Below are positions 25,870 to 39,090 of a DNA stretch of 64,000 bases, in pieces; position 1 is the stretch's first letter, and the number at the start of each line of letters is the position of its first letter. The position numbers were made by a program, and so were the translations under genes. The stretch is from positions 30,132,001 through 30,196,000 of the forward strand of contig OZ024759.1 in assembly GCA_964016885.1 (NCBI GenBank). The letters run 5' to 3'. Source of the DNA: Eledone cirrhosa (Eukaryota). The notes under the pieces were generated by a model. That model did not search any database. It was not told where the DNA came from and worked only from the letters and a program-made list of their open reading frames with translations.

Positions 25870-26580
25870 CATACACAGGTACATGCATGCATATATATAT
25901 ACACATATACAGGAACATACTTGCATATATATACACTATACAGGTATATACATGCATATATATATATACACGTATACAGGAACATACTTGCATATATATA
26001 CACGTATACAGGTATATACATGCATATATATATATATACACGTATACAGGAACATACTTGCATATATATACACGTATACAGGTATATACATGCATATATA
26101 TATATACACGTATACAGGTATATACATGCATATACACACACATATACGGGTATATACTTTCATATATATACACGTATACAGGTACATACATGCATATATA
26201 TATATATATACACATATACAGGTACATACTTACGTATATATACACGTATATAGGTACATAATTGCATATATATACACGTATACAGGTACATACTTGCATA
26301 TATATACATGTATACAGGTACATACTTGCATATATATACATGTATACAAGTACATACTTGCATATATATACACATATACAGGTATATACATGCATATTTA
26401 TATACACGTATACAGGTATATACGTACATATATATATACACGTATATAGGTACATACTTGCATATATATACACGTATACAGGTACATACTTGCATATATA
26501 TACACGTATACAGGTACATACTTGCATATATATATACATGTATACAAGTACATACTTGCATATATATACACGTATACAGG

Positions 26581-26624
<44 letters not shown>

Positions 26625-26680
26625 CAAGTAAACAGGTATATACATACTTGCATATATATACACGTATACAGGTACATACT
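25870..26680. repeat. ~32-bp minisatellite in an LRRC74 intron
   Basis: Unit cacgtatacaggtacatacttgcatatatata. Confidence 0.9.
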
Positions 26681-26886
26681 TCGTCGGACAACATGCTTTG
26701 CAGCATGGGATCAAATCCCACCAAGGTTTCATCCTTACGGTGTCGATAAAATCCCTTACCTTTCATCCTTACGGTGTCGATAAAATAAAGTACCAGTAAT
26801 GTATTAGGGTCGATTTAATCGACTTTCTCCTTCCCTTAAATATTTGGCCTTGAGTCTAAATCAGAAACTGTTATTATTATTTCCAG

Positions 26887-26936
26887 AAAACCATTTCAGT
26901 GATGAATATGGTGGAATCATTTCTGGGATTGTGAAG
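26887..26936 (+). CDS. LRRC74: LRRC74-like exon
   Basis: ttccag|...AAG|gtaac; encodes (Q)NHFSDEYGGIISGIVK; phase 1 to 0. Confidence 0.7.
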
Positions 26937-27636
26937 GTAACGAGTCTTTTTATTTAACACACACATGCACATATAAATGCGCCGACGCATACACACACAT
27001 ACACACACGTATGTATACGCACTGACATGACTGCAAACATATATGGACACACACAGAGGAACACGCACATACATGACAATATACATACATACACTCACAC
27101 ATTCACTCGTAAATACGAACCATGCATACACACATGTATGCACACAGCCATGATCGCAAACATATATGGGCAAACACACACACATGACCCTATATAGCCA
27201 TACACACATACGTAAACCAGTAAACGCACCCCTTCCACACACACAAGTGTATACATATACACACGATAACAAATATATATACACTAACATACATACACAT
27301 GAAAACGTAAATACATATATACACACACTTAATCAAACACACATATACATATACGTATGCACACACAAATGAACACACACACATACACACACACACCTAT
27401 ATATATATATATATGGACGAAGACACACACATACACACTGAAACAGGCCTAAATTATGCAAACATACATACATACATATACTTATATACACGTAAACACG
27501 TCCACACATACACACATAGACGCAGGTATACATACACAAACGCATTTACATGCAAACATAAATACATACAAAGCCATAATCACACACACACATAAACACT
27601 ATCATTCTTAATCGCCATTTTGTTTCCTGTTCACAG

Positions 27637-27718
27637 AACGCTGATTCTATTGTGGAGCTCAATCTAAAATTGAATGACCTGGAGACCAGAGGAGTCCAGT
27701 GCATTGGTCAAGCCATAG
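27637..27718 (+). CDS. LRRC74: LRRC74-like exon
   Basis: cacag|...G|gttagt; encodes NADSIVELNLKLNDLETRGVQCIGQAI; phase 0 to 1. Confidence 0.78.
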
Positions 27719-27905
27719 GTTAGTGCATATATAATATATATGTATATATATATGTAAAAAAAAAAAAATATATATATATATATATATTATAGTTTGAGTT
27801 AGAAACTCAAAATAGTCTTTTACAATTAAATAGCTCAAAGAAGGGAATCTTTCTGATATATGAGAGGGATAAACACAGATATAAGTATACATGTCTTCCA
27901 ATTGC

Positions 27906-28190
27906 AAATGACCAAGTTAGCTAGGTTGAAAAATACTAATTTAAAACAATATGGTTAGCCTTACTCGAATTAACATAATACAAATAACAAACCTATATCG
28001 GGCAAATAGCCTATACTCGGACAGACGTAAATCTGTTTCGCAAGAATTATTAAGTGAAAGCTAGAATTCCTGTGCTCTTCTGCGGGTATCCAGGAAAATT
28101 CGTACCTTTCACTTCAAAGGATCTAAGAAGACTGAACGATGCACATGTTAAAGCGCCTAACATGCTACAACCTAGCTAACTTGGTCATTT
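27906..28190. mobile_element. MITE-like element with ~23-bp terminal inverted repeats
   Basis: aaatgaccaagttagctaggttg ... caacctagctaacttggtcattt. Confidence 0.55.
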
Positions 28191-28263
28191 ATATATATAT
28201 ATAGGAAGATACCGTTAAGGGTGAAAGCAGCGATTCTTTGCTTAAAATTTAATCTGTTATTTT

Positions 28264-28297
<34 letters not shown>

Positions 28298-28371
28298 ATT
28301 ATATATATTCCTGATATACAATTTAGAACTAATCAATTCAATAAGTTATTTAATCATTTTTATATTCCCAG

Positions 28372-28457
28372 GATTCAACAAGACTATGGAAGTATTAGAC
28401 ATGAGTTGGAATCACATCAGATGGCCAGGAGCTGTGTCAATATGTAACGGCATAAAG
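28372..28457 (+). CDS. LRRC74: LRRC74-like exon
   Basis: cccag|...AAG|gtaat; encodes GFNKTMEVLDMSWNHIRWPGAVSICNGIK, an RI-type LRR. Confidence 0.85.
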
Positions 28458-28510
28458 GTAATACAATCTATTCATAGCTCATCTCAAATTTTTATACAAT
28501 TTTATAAACG

Positions 28511-28574
<64 letters not shown>

Positions 28575-28781
28575 GGTAACAAATTATCGTTATAGGTAAT
28601 CCTGTTAGAGGTTGTGAATACTCCGTATTGTAGATAGTTTTAGCGTACGGTGTTGTTTGACTCAACAAGAGGTTTCCTTAGGTAGCGAGTTTGCGAGTTC
28701 TTGGGAATTCCCATGCAGGTTAATCTTGGAGTAATAATAGTGAAAGAGTGAAGAATAACATGGTCAACAGTACAAAAAGGG

Positions 28782-29014
28782 TTTTATTTACAGTATTAAC
28801 AATTGTTTCATTGATTAAGTTGTGTTAAAATTGCTAATCGCTTGAAGTTGTGTCACTCAATTTTAAATACAATGTATGCCTAATCAAATCATCAGTGTTT
28901 CCGATGATTTGATTTCCGATACATTGTATTTAACATTGAATGACACAACTTCAAGCGATTAGCAATTTTTGCACAACTTAATCAATGAAACAATTGTTGA
29001 CACGGTAAATAAAA
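28782..29014. ncRNA. Head-to-head pair of long-helix-II HHR-like motifs (fold-back element)
   Basis: Minus strand CTGATGA T TTGATT...AATCAA T GAAA CAATTG TT. The plus-strand copy has CCGATGA. The 5' strand of helix I is lost at the inversion. Confidence 0.6.
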
Positions 29015-29030
29015 TATATATATATAAGTA

Positions 29031-29141
29031 TTTCCACAACAGTTAGTTCACTATACGAAGAACAAGTGTTTCACCTTGTGCTGATGATCCGCATAAGGTG
29101 AAACAATTGTGCTCGGTATGGTGAACTAACTGTTGTGGAAT
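29031..29141 (+). ncRNA. HHR motif at the centre of a fold-back element
   Basis: CTGATGA T CC GCATAA GG T GAAA CAATTG at 29081-29109, inside inverted arms. Confidence 0.55.
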
Positions 29142-29291
29142 TACTTCTACCTGACTCGTCCCATGGCCTGGGTACTCTACTACCACGGATATAACCCACC
29201 AGTGTTCTACTATATATATATATATATATATATATTAATATAGATGAGATTCTGTGGTTACCTCCGATTCAACCCGGAATAACGTACGTAC

Positions 29292-29335
<44 letters not shown>

Positions 29336-29569
29336 GCATGTCTATATATATATGCGTATGTATACATATATATATATGTTTATCTCGGGTTCAATCGGGG
29401 GTAACCACAGTAAGTAAGGTACGCAATACATATCAGAGTATAAATATTTAATATAAAAATAGTTTCTACAGGACTAGAACTGTTTCACTCAGCAGAAACC
29501 ATCATGAAGACCTGATTATTTCTCCCGAATGAAACAGTTCTACTCCTGTAGAAGCCATTTCTATACTAA

Positions 29570-29710
<141 letters not shown>

Positions 29711-29806
29711 AAAGTTCTATTTAAAATTGTTGGGATACAACAAGTAAATATTTTTATAACTGATATAAAGCACTCGACAAGTATTTGGAGTAGATATATA
29801 GATATA

Positions 29807-29871
29807 TATTTTGTCTGATGAAGGCATACCATAATTTAATTTGGTATCCCTGAAATATGTATAATGAAATA
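29807..29871 (+). ncRNA. Minimal HHR related to the PLE pLTR HHR
   Basis: TATTTTGT CTGATGA AGG.ATACCA...TGGTAT.CCT GAAA TATGTA TA ATGAAATA. Sister copies lie at 33411-33476 (GAAA changed to CAAA) and 63380-63590 (core deleted). Confidence 0.75.
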
Positions 29872-30455
29872 AATATGGTTTTTGAAATAAATATATAATT
29901 ACAAGTGAACAGTAGAAGCAGTTTAACAAAATTATCAAAATATCGTCTGGAATTATATATGGTCTTACATTCTTTACAAATTATCTCCTCTTTTATTGTT
30001 TGATATATTTTTAAATATGTCATACGATATTGAATGTGTGTGTGTGTGTGTGCGTAACATTTAATCCTGCGTTTGTCTGCGTTTGTCCGAACTATATATA
30101 TATAGAATTTTAGTCTACGACTTCAGTTATACCATTTACGTGGTTTTGTCTTTGCGTGCAATTGTTCTCCACGCTCCACATATGACTTATTATCTTCGTT
30201 TTTTCGTTCATTGCCAGAGAACGTCTCTATGCACCACCTAAGAGAACATTAGTCTACGACCTCTTTTATACCATAAACGTGGTTCTGTCTTTGCGCGTAA
30301 TTGTTTTTCACCGCTCCTATTAATGACGTATTATTCGTTTTTTCCCGTTCTTTGCCAGCGAACGTTACCACGAACCGAAGTATCGTCTTCCTGTCTTCCT
30401 CCGGTTGCAACGTTTTTTGAAATATCCACTTCTACGTTCACAGATTGACTTTGTT

Positions 30456-30506
30456 AGTTTCAGAAGATCCCGTTAAGGGTGAAAGCAGCGATTCTTTGCT
30501 TAAACT
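30456..30506 (+). ncRNA. HHR-like motif with a CAGAAGA core
   Basis: AGTTT CAGAAGA T CCC GTTAA GGG T GAA AGCA GCGATTCTT TGCT T AAACT. All three helices pair. Family copies lie at 28205, 41705-41900, 45620 and 46460. Confidence 0.6.
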
Positions 30507-30676
30507 TTAATCTGTTATTTTAATAAATATATATATATATATAGGAACCAAATAAATATATATATTTAAAAAAAAAATAAGACTTCAGTTGCATTTTCGA
30601 TTTCATCTCTTTTTCTTTATACTTTCACTCGTGTAGGACACCTCGGTTATTTTTCATTTTGTAAAAAAAACCTCAG

Positions 30677-30743
<67 letters not shown>

Positions 30744-30872
30744 AATGTAATCTGATTTTTTCAGAGTATTATTGATAATAATATAGCAATATATATATTT
30801 GCTCTACGGTTCTTATATATTTGATATATATTTATCCTTATCGAGCCCTCTTTGGATTTTAGTCTTCAAATT

Positions 30873-30904
<32 letters not shown>

Positions 30905-30921
30905 TACGTATTGTATTTTAG

Positions 30922-31116
30922 GTGAACGATTGTCTGAACACACTAAACGTAGCATACAATGGGTTTGGTTACGAAGGATCTGTGGCACTGGGAGAAATGT
31001 TAAAACACAACAAAACCCTTCAGAATCTCGATGTCTCCAGTAACAGAATATGCTGGAGAGCGGCATTGGTGATGAGCAAGGGTCTGAGCAAAAATCGATC
31101 ATTGGTCCGTCTCAGG
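30922..31116 (+). CDS. LRRC74: LRRC74-like exon
   Basis: tttag|...AGG|gtcagt; encodes VNDCLNTLNVAYNGFGYEGSVALGEMLKHNKTLQNLDVSSNRICW...LVRLR. Confidence 0.88.
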
Positions 31117-31164
31117 GTCAGTTTTAGGTTAAAATACATCGTCCCTGCTCCCCTCTATCCCCCT

Positions 31165-31224
<60 letters not shown>

Positions 31225-31305
31225 TCTGTGTCATCGCTCATTGGTGAGTCTTAAGATCAGTTTTAGGTTAAAATACATCGTCCCTGCTCCCCTCTAACCC
31301 CCTAT

Positions 31306-31367
<62 letters not shown>

Positions 31368-31447
31368 TCTGTGTCATCGCTCATTGGTGAGTCTTAAGGT
31401 CAGTTTAGGTTAAAATACATCGTCCCTGCTCCCCTCTATCCCCCTAT

Positions 31448-31507
<60 letters not shown>

Positions 31508-31591
31508 CCTCTCTGTGTCATCGCTCATTGGTGAGTCTTAAGGTCAGTTTAGGTTAAAATACATCGTCCCTGCTCCCCTCTATCCCCCTAT

Positions 31592-31655
<64 letters not shown>

Positions 31656-31760
31656 TCTGTGTCATCGCTCATTGGTGAGTCTTAAGGTCAGTTTAGGTTA
31701 AAATACATCGTCCCTGCTCCCCTCTATCCCTATCCTCTCTCTCTCCCTCTCTCTGTGTCA
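31117..31760 (+). repeat. ~142-bp tandem repeat (about 4.5 units) derived from an exon/intron boundary
   Basis: Unit gtcagtttaggttaaaatacatcgtccctgctcccc...(tc)n...catcgctcattggtgagtcttaag. Confidence 0.9.
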
Positions 31761-32013
31761 CTTTCTTTCTTCCTGCAGTCTTTTCTTTTGTCTTACTTTC
31801 ATCAACATCTTTCGAATCCCTATTAAAATCACGAACAACATCATTATCATAAAAATCACTACCCTCACAATCTTCCCCGCCACCGTCACCGAAATGTCTT
31901 ACTCTCGTCAACATATTCCGAATCCCTATTAAAATCATCATCATCATCAATCAATCAATCAATCAACCAATCAATCAATCAACCTAAATTTTTACTGTTC
32001 TTTCTCCCACAAG

Positions 32014-32106
32014 ATGGCGCACAATCCGCTAACCACAACCGGTGCCCTCGATATACTCCAGTCTATCAGCAGTATTGGAAGTTCAGTGGAGTATTTAGAT
32101 ATAGGG
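32014..32106 (+). CDS. LRRC74: LRRC74-like exon
   Basis: acaag|...GGG|gtaagt; encodes MAHNPLTTTGALDILQSISSIGSSVEYLDIG. Confidence 0.85.
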
Positions 32107-32439
32107 GTAAGTTTTAATACTACACCGCCCTCAACAACAGCTATGATCCATGGATAATTTGCCATTTTATCCGTTGATCACGGCCCTCTTCAGACTGTCA
32201 AAAAATTCTAAAGTCTGTCTTTACCTTTCAGAATTTAAACCGGCCATATCTAGTCAAAATTCTCTCACCTCTTTCTGTTCAAACCAGCTGTAACCGGCTG
32301 CTCATACTTATGTTAAAATATTGTTCTCTAAATGATATCAAAATTTCATAGATTTGATATTATGTGACGTAAATCCTTTACCGTGAACATATAATAGTAA
32401 ATATAGAGTAATGTAAATGGTAAACGGTTAAGCCATTTA

Positions 32440-32885
32440 AGGCTGGTTAGGCTCATGCTTATCCAAGTTTCACGGCGTTAAGCGAATGAGTGTATAAGAC
32501 TTCCCCCTGGACACGACACCAGTCCATTGCAGAGCTAAACCCCACAGCTACTGCTGGTACTCATTTTCAACTGAGAATACTGGAGCAACGTGGAATGAAG
32601 TGTTTTATTCAAGTACACAGCGCACAACACAGGAATCGAACCCATGACATTATGAAGTAAGTCCAAAACCCTTACCACTAGGCCACAGTAGACTTCCCTT
32701 GCACAGGATGACAGTCCATCATGGGGTTAATCCCCCAGCTATTGCTGGTAACAATTTTCAGTTAAGTATCCTGGAGCAACATGAAATGAAGTGTTTTGCT
32801 CAAGAACACAACACACACCCAATCCAGGATTCGAACCCATGAGATTATGTTCGTAAGTTCAACACCCTTACTACTAGGCCACAAG
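32440..32885 (-). mobile_element. Two copies of tRNA-derived SINE family B (also 35415-35560 on +)
   Basis: Minus strand has a gggttcga.tcct B-box followed by cttgagcaa.acacttcatt.cacgttgctccag. Confidence 0.7.
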
Positions 32886-33087
32886 CCTCAACTGTTCAGA
32901 CTGAGGTGTAGTATTTTCCCTCCCTATCTCCCTTTCGCTCGTTGTTTATTCCCTTTGTTCTATTTCTTCTTATCATTTAGTTATAAACTGACGATTGGAC
33001 AAAGTTAGTATACGCTTAATTTACTTGCTGATTGTTTTGGTTTAAATTAGTGTTTTTGTGTTTTGTTTTTGCTTTCTTTGATCTCAG

Positions 33088-33205
33088 GGTATTGAAATAA
33101 TCAAGGAATTTGAGTTGCTCTCTTTGGCAATCCAGCAGAAACGGAACTTCACTTGTATTCATGGTGACATTGTCAGTTGCCACGATCTTTTAGGAAGACG
33201 TGATC
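33088..33205 (+). CDS. LRRC74: LRRC74-like exon
   Basis: ctcag|...C|gtaagt; encodes GIEIIKEFELLSLAIQQKRNFTCIHGDIVSCHDLLGRRD; phase 0 to 1. Confidence 0.8.
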
Positions 33206-33605
33206 GTAAGTTGAATATAAATATATTTATAAGGGTACTGTCCCTTCTTCTAGGGATATAATATAATATAGAGCAGTTTTATAAATAAATATTGACATAC
33301 CCTTAAAGAATGCAACCATTACTGTTGGAAACTATCCAGGAGCTTCCAACAGTAATGGTTGCATTCTTTAAGGGTATGTCAATATTTATTTATAAAACTG
33401 ATCTATATTATATTTTATCTGATGAAAGCACACCATAATTTAACTTGGTGTCCTTCAAATATGTATAATGAAATAAATATGGTTTTATAAATATAGTTTC
33501 CATTTGTTAATATCGTATTTTTACTCCAAATATTTGTTGAGTGCTTTATATCAGTTATAAAAATATTTGCTTGTGGTATCCCAACAATTTAAATAGAACT
33601 TTTAC

Positions 33606-33666
<61 letters not shown>

Positions 33667-33690
33667 TACATACGTATGCGTATATATATG

Positions 33691-33758
<68 letters not shown>

Positions 33759-33943
33759 TATATATATGTATATGTATGTGTACATACATGAATATATATA
33801 TATATGTATATGTATGTGTACATACATGAATATATATATATATATGTCTGTGTGTGTATATATACATACTTCCACTGTGTATATAGATATTATTGTAAAC
33901 AATTTGGGGTCATTCAAAGACGTCTCTAATTTGTGTATTCCAG

Positions 33944-34080
33944 CGGAGAAAGTTGATCCAATGTCGAAAGTTATAAGTTATTTGAAGAAGAACCGTATTC
34001 GGCCATTAGAACTGTTGCGTTCTTTCGATAAACCCTTAGGATGGAACATGCCTTCACCATCTTTTACAGACAGACTTCAG
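33944..34080 (+). CDS. LRRC74: LRRC74-like exon (degenerate EF-hand-like region)
   Basis: ttccag|...CAG|gtaatg; encodes [46 protein letters not shown]. Confidence 0.82.
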
Positions 34081-34554
34081 GTAATGTATGAATATATATA
34101 TATAAATGTTTGCATATGTATAATAAAGCCAAAACAATGCAGGTATGGACATAGAATAAAAAATACAAATGCAAAAGATATTGTTGACAATTAGTCTTTT
34201 ACCTTAGATTTATTTAAATGTCCTTAATTTTCGAGATAATATCTCTTCTTTTGAGGGAAGTAAAGCGGTTAAACCAGTGTTCTAAATAGCTTGCCAAGTC
34301 ATGCTGACAGGAAATGGTATAGAGTCACTCTATACCATTTGATGTGAGAAAAACCACAGACCCTCCATCTCAACTCTACTTTTGAAAAGCAGAAGAACTG
34401 CGAAACCGGTAAAGGAACCAAATAAATATATATATTTAAAAAAAAAATAAGACTCCAGTTGCATTTTCGATTTCATCTTTTTTTCTTTATACTTTCACTC
34501 GTGTAGGACACCTCAGTTATTTTTCATTTTGTAAAAAAACCCTCACTTTCTAAT

Positions 34555-34645
<91 letters not shown>

Positions 34646-34852
34646 CATAGACAACGCTAGTTCCTATGTAAAATGTTATTGCTGTACTCTACTTCTATCA
34701 TTATACAGTTGCAAATGAAACATGTTTTATGAAAATTGATCAATAATTGATAAAACTGTTAACAATTATATAAAGGGGATTTCATTACAATGATCATGTA
34801 AATACATATTTTGATATCAGTTTAAATTTAGCTAATGTTCTTGTTGTTGTAG

Positions 34853-34950
34853 AGGTGTGACACAGATTTGTACCCATATGAGATCCGCCAACTAACGAAC
34901 AATATTGAACAAAATAAGAACACTGAAGAATCTGACGGAGTCAATTACAG
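34853..34950 (+). CDS. LRRC74: LRRC74-like exon
   Basis: tgtag|...AG|gtacc; encodes RCDTDLYPYEIRQLTNNIEQNKNTEESDGVNY(R); phase 0 to 2. Confidence 0.72.
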
Positions 34951-35012
34951 GTACCTCAGATGAATTTCTTGAAGAGGTGTAGACCAGTGGTAAAGTGTTT
35001 AGACTCACGACC

Positions 35013-35220
35013 ATAACCCTTTAACATTTACATTACTCTATATATACTACTGTATTTTCATGGTAAAGACTTTACCTCACATATTATCTCACATAATATC
35101 GAATCTACGAGATTTTGATATTATTTATTATTTTGAGAACAATACCTTAACAAAAGTTTGAACAGAAAGATGTGAGGGCATTCTGGTCGGATATGGTCGG
35201 TTTAAAGACTAAAGGGTTAA
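35013..35220. mobile_element. piggyBac-like MITE (copies 32221-32430, 52938-53165, partial 23100-23270)
   Basis: Ends (t)taaccctttaacattta ... aaagggttaa, with a shared body. Confidence 0.65.
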
Positions 35221-35569
35221 TGTGATGGGTTCAAGATCTAAACAGAACGGTGTGCTGTATCCTTGAGCAAGACACCTTATTTCAGGTCGTCGCTTCTTCT
35301 TCTAGGAGTTATGAATGACATAGGGTATCAGCAATAGAAATACCAAAGTAAAAAGAAGAAGCAAAAAACAAAGCCCGATATAAAAACTGTTTCCTTAGTT
35401 CGATATCCTTGTAAAGGCGCGTGGCTTAGTGGTTAGGGTGTTCAACTCATGATGATGAGATCGATTTCTGGCGGTGTATTGTAACCTTAAGCAAGACACT
35501 TTATTTAATGTTGCTCCAGTATTCATTCTTCTGGCGAAAATGTATACTGTCAGCCATATCAAACTCTGT

Positions 35570-36075
35570 GTGACGCCGTCGAATCTCCCTGAGAACTGTA
35601 TTAAAGGTACACACGTCTTGGAATACTCAGCCACTTGCCCAATGATAAATGATGTGCTGTACCTGTAATTAAAACGGCTAGATCTTGTCACCTACCGGGT
35701 CAGGATGAATCACCCTGAGAACTAAGTTAAAGGTACACACGTCTATGGAATACTCAGCCACTTACTCTGATACATAATGGTCAGTACCTGTAATTTAATG
35801 AGCCGGACTTGCCTCACTGAGTCTCCCTGAGAACTACGTTAAATGTACACATGCCTGTGGAATACTCAGTCACTTACACTCTAATACATTATGCCCTGTA
35901 TCTGTAATTATAGGGGCCAAGCCTGTCACCCACTGGGTCACGCTGAATCTCCCTGAGAACAAAGTTAAAGGTACAAATGTCTGTGGAATATTCAGCCACT
36001 CACACTCTAATACATGTGGGACTGTACCTGTAATTATAGGGGCCAGGCCTGTCACCTACTGGGTCACGCTGAGAA
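35570..36075 (+). repeat. ~115-130-bp tandem repeat following SINE B
   Basis: ctccctgagaac...aaaggtacac..gtct.tggaatactcagccactt occurs four times. Confidence 0.8.
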
Positions 36076-36337
36076 TAACGTTATTATAATAAATAAATAA
36101 ATACATAGGATAAATAAACACAGATAAATAAACAAATAAATAAATAAATAAACGCGCCCTAGGCCAAGAGCCCAATCATCCTCCACCTTACCCCTCTCTA
36201 TTCTTCAGTGGCACTAGAGTTTTTGCCGTTTACCCCTTCCCGTTGTTTCTTTCTTTTTTCTCTTTTTTTCTCTATATTTTCCGATTTTCCATTCCATTCT
36301 CCTCAATCTAATCAATAAATATATTTGTTTATAACAG

Positions 36338-36758
36338 GAAGCTTGTCAATTCGATTGGTGATCACGTGATATATCTCCGACAGAAAAGGCAAATGGAAGT
36401 ACTTAAAGAGAAACGGGAAATGCTGTACCACAGAAGAATTCTGAAGACGGATGTTTTGGTAGACGACGTTGTACATAGTAACGGTTCGGAAAATACAATA
36501 TTACCAACAGTGGTGGCCATGGAAAGATTGGATATTCTTGGTGACAGCGCTGGTGGCGGCAGCTGTGGTGGTGCTCGTGGCGGCGGCGGCGGCGGTGGTG
36601 GTGGTTATGGCGGTGGTGGTGGCGGTTATGGTGGCGGTGGTGGTGATGGTTATGTCGGTGGTTGTTTCGGGTCTAAGTGTTTGAGACAGATTCAACAAAA
36701 CAATGGTTTAAAAAACAAACGACGAAAGAAAAAAATTAAAACTTCAAAAACTCAATAA
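36338..36758 (+). CDS. LRRC74: LRRC74-like terminal coding exon
   Basis: aacag|G completes the phase-2 codon and is in frame with ORF 36366-36758. It encodes KLVNSIGDHVIYLRQKRQ..., a Gly-rich insert and a basic tail, then TAA. Confidence 0.75.
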
Positions 36759-37068
36759 AGACAAAAACAAACAAAAACAAACATGAATGTCATAAAAAAA
36801 TATGGGATAACCAATTAAACAATATATATAATGTGTATATATGTATGTATGTAAAGACATTTTTTCCAATTCCAACCCGCCCGTCCCCTCAATCTATCTT
36901 ATTTCTCATTCTTTCTTCTGACGAAGGACTTGCGTCAGAAACGTTAAGACGCTCTTCCTGCTATATCAAGCGTTAACCTAATATATCCCTGCCATATACT
37001 GTACCGATTGTGTTGTTATTTCATTTCTGTTTCCCGTTTACACACACATACATATATATATATATATG

Positions 37069-37170
<102 letters not shown>

Positions 37171-37174
37171 TATA

Positions 37175-37367
37175 AGTTATTCCGGGTTGAATCGGAGGTA
37201 ACTACAGTAAGTAAGGTACTCAATACATAGCAGAGTATAACAGTTTTAATAAAGAAGAACTTCTACAGGACCAGAACTGTTTCATTTGTGAGAAATCATC
37301 AGGGAACTGGCTGTCCACTCCTTGATGATTTCTCACGAATGAAACAGTTCTAGTCCTGTAGAAGCTC

Positions 37368-37370
<3 letters not shown>
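37175..37370. ncRNA. Fold-back mini-element with two opposed HHR motifs (family also at 29378-29560, 38490-38620, 47258-47390)
   Basis: CTGATGA T TTC TCAC GAA T GAA ACAG TTCTAGTC CTGT A, flanked by (TA)n on both sides. Confidence 0.65.
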
Positions 37371-37443
<73 letters not shown>

Positions 37444-37745
37444 ACTTAAAAATAAGAAGAAAGCATGAACGGGAGAAAGTTTCTCCTTCATCAGTTGTCT
37501 GCTGGGGGTCTTGGGTATATCTACGCCTTAAATACAAGATATCTCGCCCCAGTGCGTTAGAAATATCCGAGATCCCCAGCAGACAACTGATGAAGGAAAA
37601 CTTTCTCTCGTTCATGCTTTCTTCTTACTTTTAAGTATACCTTATCCACCAACTACACACCCTTTTCTCTTCTTCATATATATATATATAATCGAATTTT
37701 GTTTATCGTGAACTCGTGCGCCGATTTTTCGATACTCGATTATTC

Positions 37746-37791
<46 letters not shown>

Positions 37792-38019
37792 TTAAAGTGT
37801 ACGATAAACACGAAATGTGTTTACATTGCAACAGACAAAGTTAGCTATTAATAAAATAAACTGCTCGGAAGAGACCCTTCCTGGAGCTTAATTATTGTAA
37901 ATGACTGAGAGTTTATTCTCAAAATATAACATATATATATATATATATATATATATGTGCGTGCGTGTACTATAAGGATAAGGAACAAGGATTCAGTGTT
38001 GCATCATAACATATTTAAT

Positions 38020-38114
38020 AAGATATTACATATGTTTCACTTTCGATCAGCTCGAGGCAACACCTATAATAGATCGAACCTGACTCTGTAATCGAAAGAT
38101 CGTCAGATATGCTT
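38020..38114 (-). ncRNA. Hammerhead ribozyme
   Basis: Minus strand AAGCATAT CTGACGA T CTTTCGAT...ATCGAAAG T GAAA CATATG TA ATATCTT, with palindromic loop 3 CATATG. Confidence 0.75.
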
Positions 38115-38250
38115 GCTATATGAACTCGTCTCCGATGCAACACCAAATCCGTGTTCCTTATCCTTATAGCATTATACTCTGCTCTGCGCGAGCATCGAGT
38201 GCTCAACCTGCATACCGCCTACGGACGCAATTTTCTTGCAATCATACAAC

Positions 38251-38296
<46 letters not shown>

Positions 38297-38379
38297 GGAA
38301 AAATTTGAACAGGGACAAAACAGAGAGGCAGTACAACAAATGTTTATTAATTTCACGCTCTGGAGAGTGGGGTGTTGGT

Positions 38380-38489
<110 letters not shown>

Positions 38490-38830
38490 AGAGCTTTTAC
38501 AGGACTAGAACTGTTTCATTCGCGAGAAATGATGATTTCTCACGAATGAAGAAGTCCTGTAGAAGCTCTTCTATATTAAAACTTTTATACTCTGCTATGT
38601 ATTGAGTACCTTACTTATATATATATATGAGTCAACCAAATAAATAATTCGTTTTTAAATTTGTTTTGCGAGATTTCTTATCTGAAACCACGTAATGGAA
38701 CAGGTATTGTTATACTGTGGGAGAGACATGGTGCCAATAAAAACACACGCACCTTTAGCTTTTCACTTCAATTTATTATACGTTTCCGGCTGGTTGGTTG
38801 GTTCGATAACCAGAAGGTTGTTTATATATT

Positions 38831-38873
38831 GTCAAAGCTCTTTCGTCACACATTCTGTGACCTCCTCGGTGAC
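38831..38873 (-). ncRNA. HHR-like motif (CCGAGGA core)
   Basis: Minus strand GTCA CCGAGGA G GTCACA GAATG TGTGAC GAAA GAGCTT TGAC. Confidence 0.5.
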
Positions 38874-39090
38874 TATGTTTTTATTTTGTGTCTCTCTCCT
38901 TTGTTCTATTCTACACCATCTTGTGTGTTGTGTGTTGTTTGCCTAGTTTGCACATGCGTTACATCCGGGCGTATAATATATACACATACACAAAGTTTTC
39001 TCGAAGAAGTATCTGCCCAGCTTAGAAAATCATTTATATACATGTGTGTGTATGAAAATAAAACAAATGTCTGAGATAGGCTGTTAATTA

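Noticed and set aside
36915-36952. Complete HHR in the LRRC74 3' region (similar weak motifs at 19345-19378 and 34225-34258 on the minus strand)
   Set aside because: CTGACGA and GAAA are present but there is no UH triplet or convincing helix I; counted only as degenerate.
37584-37610. HHR at caaCTGATGAAGG
   Set aside because: No helix II followed by GAAA-UH; at most a half motif.
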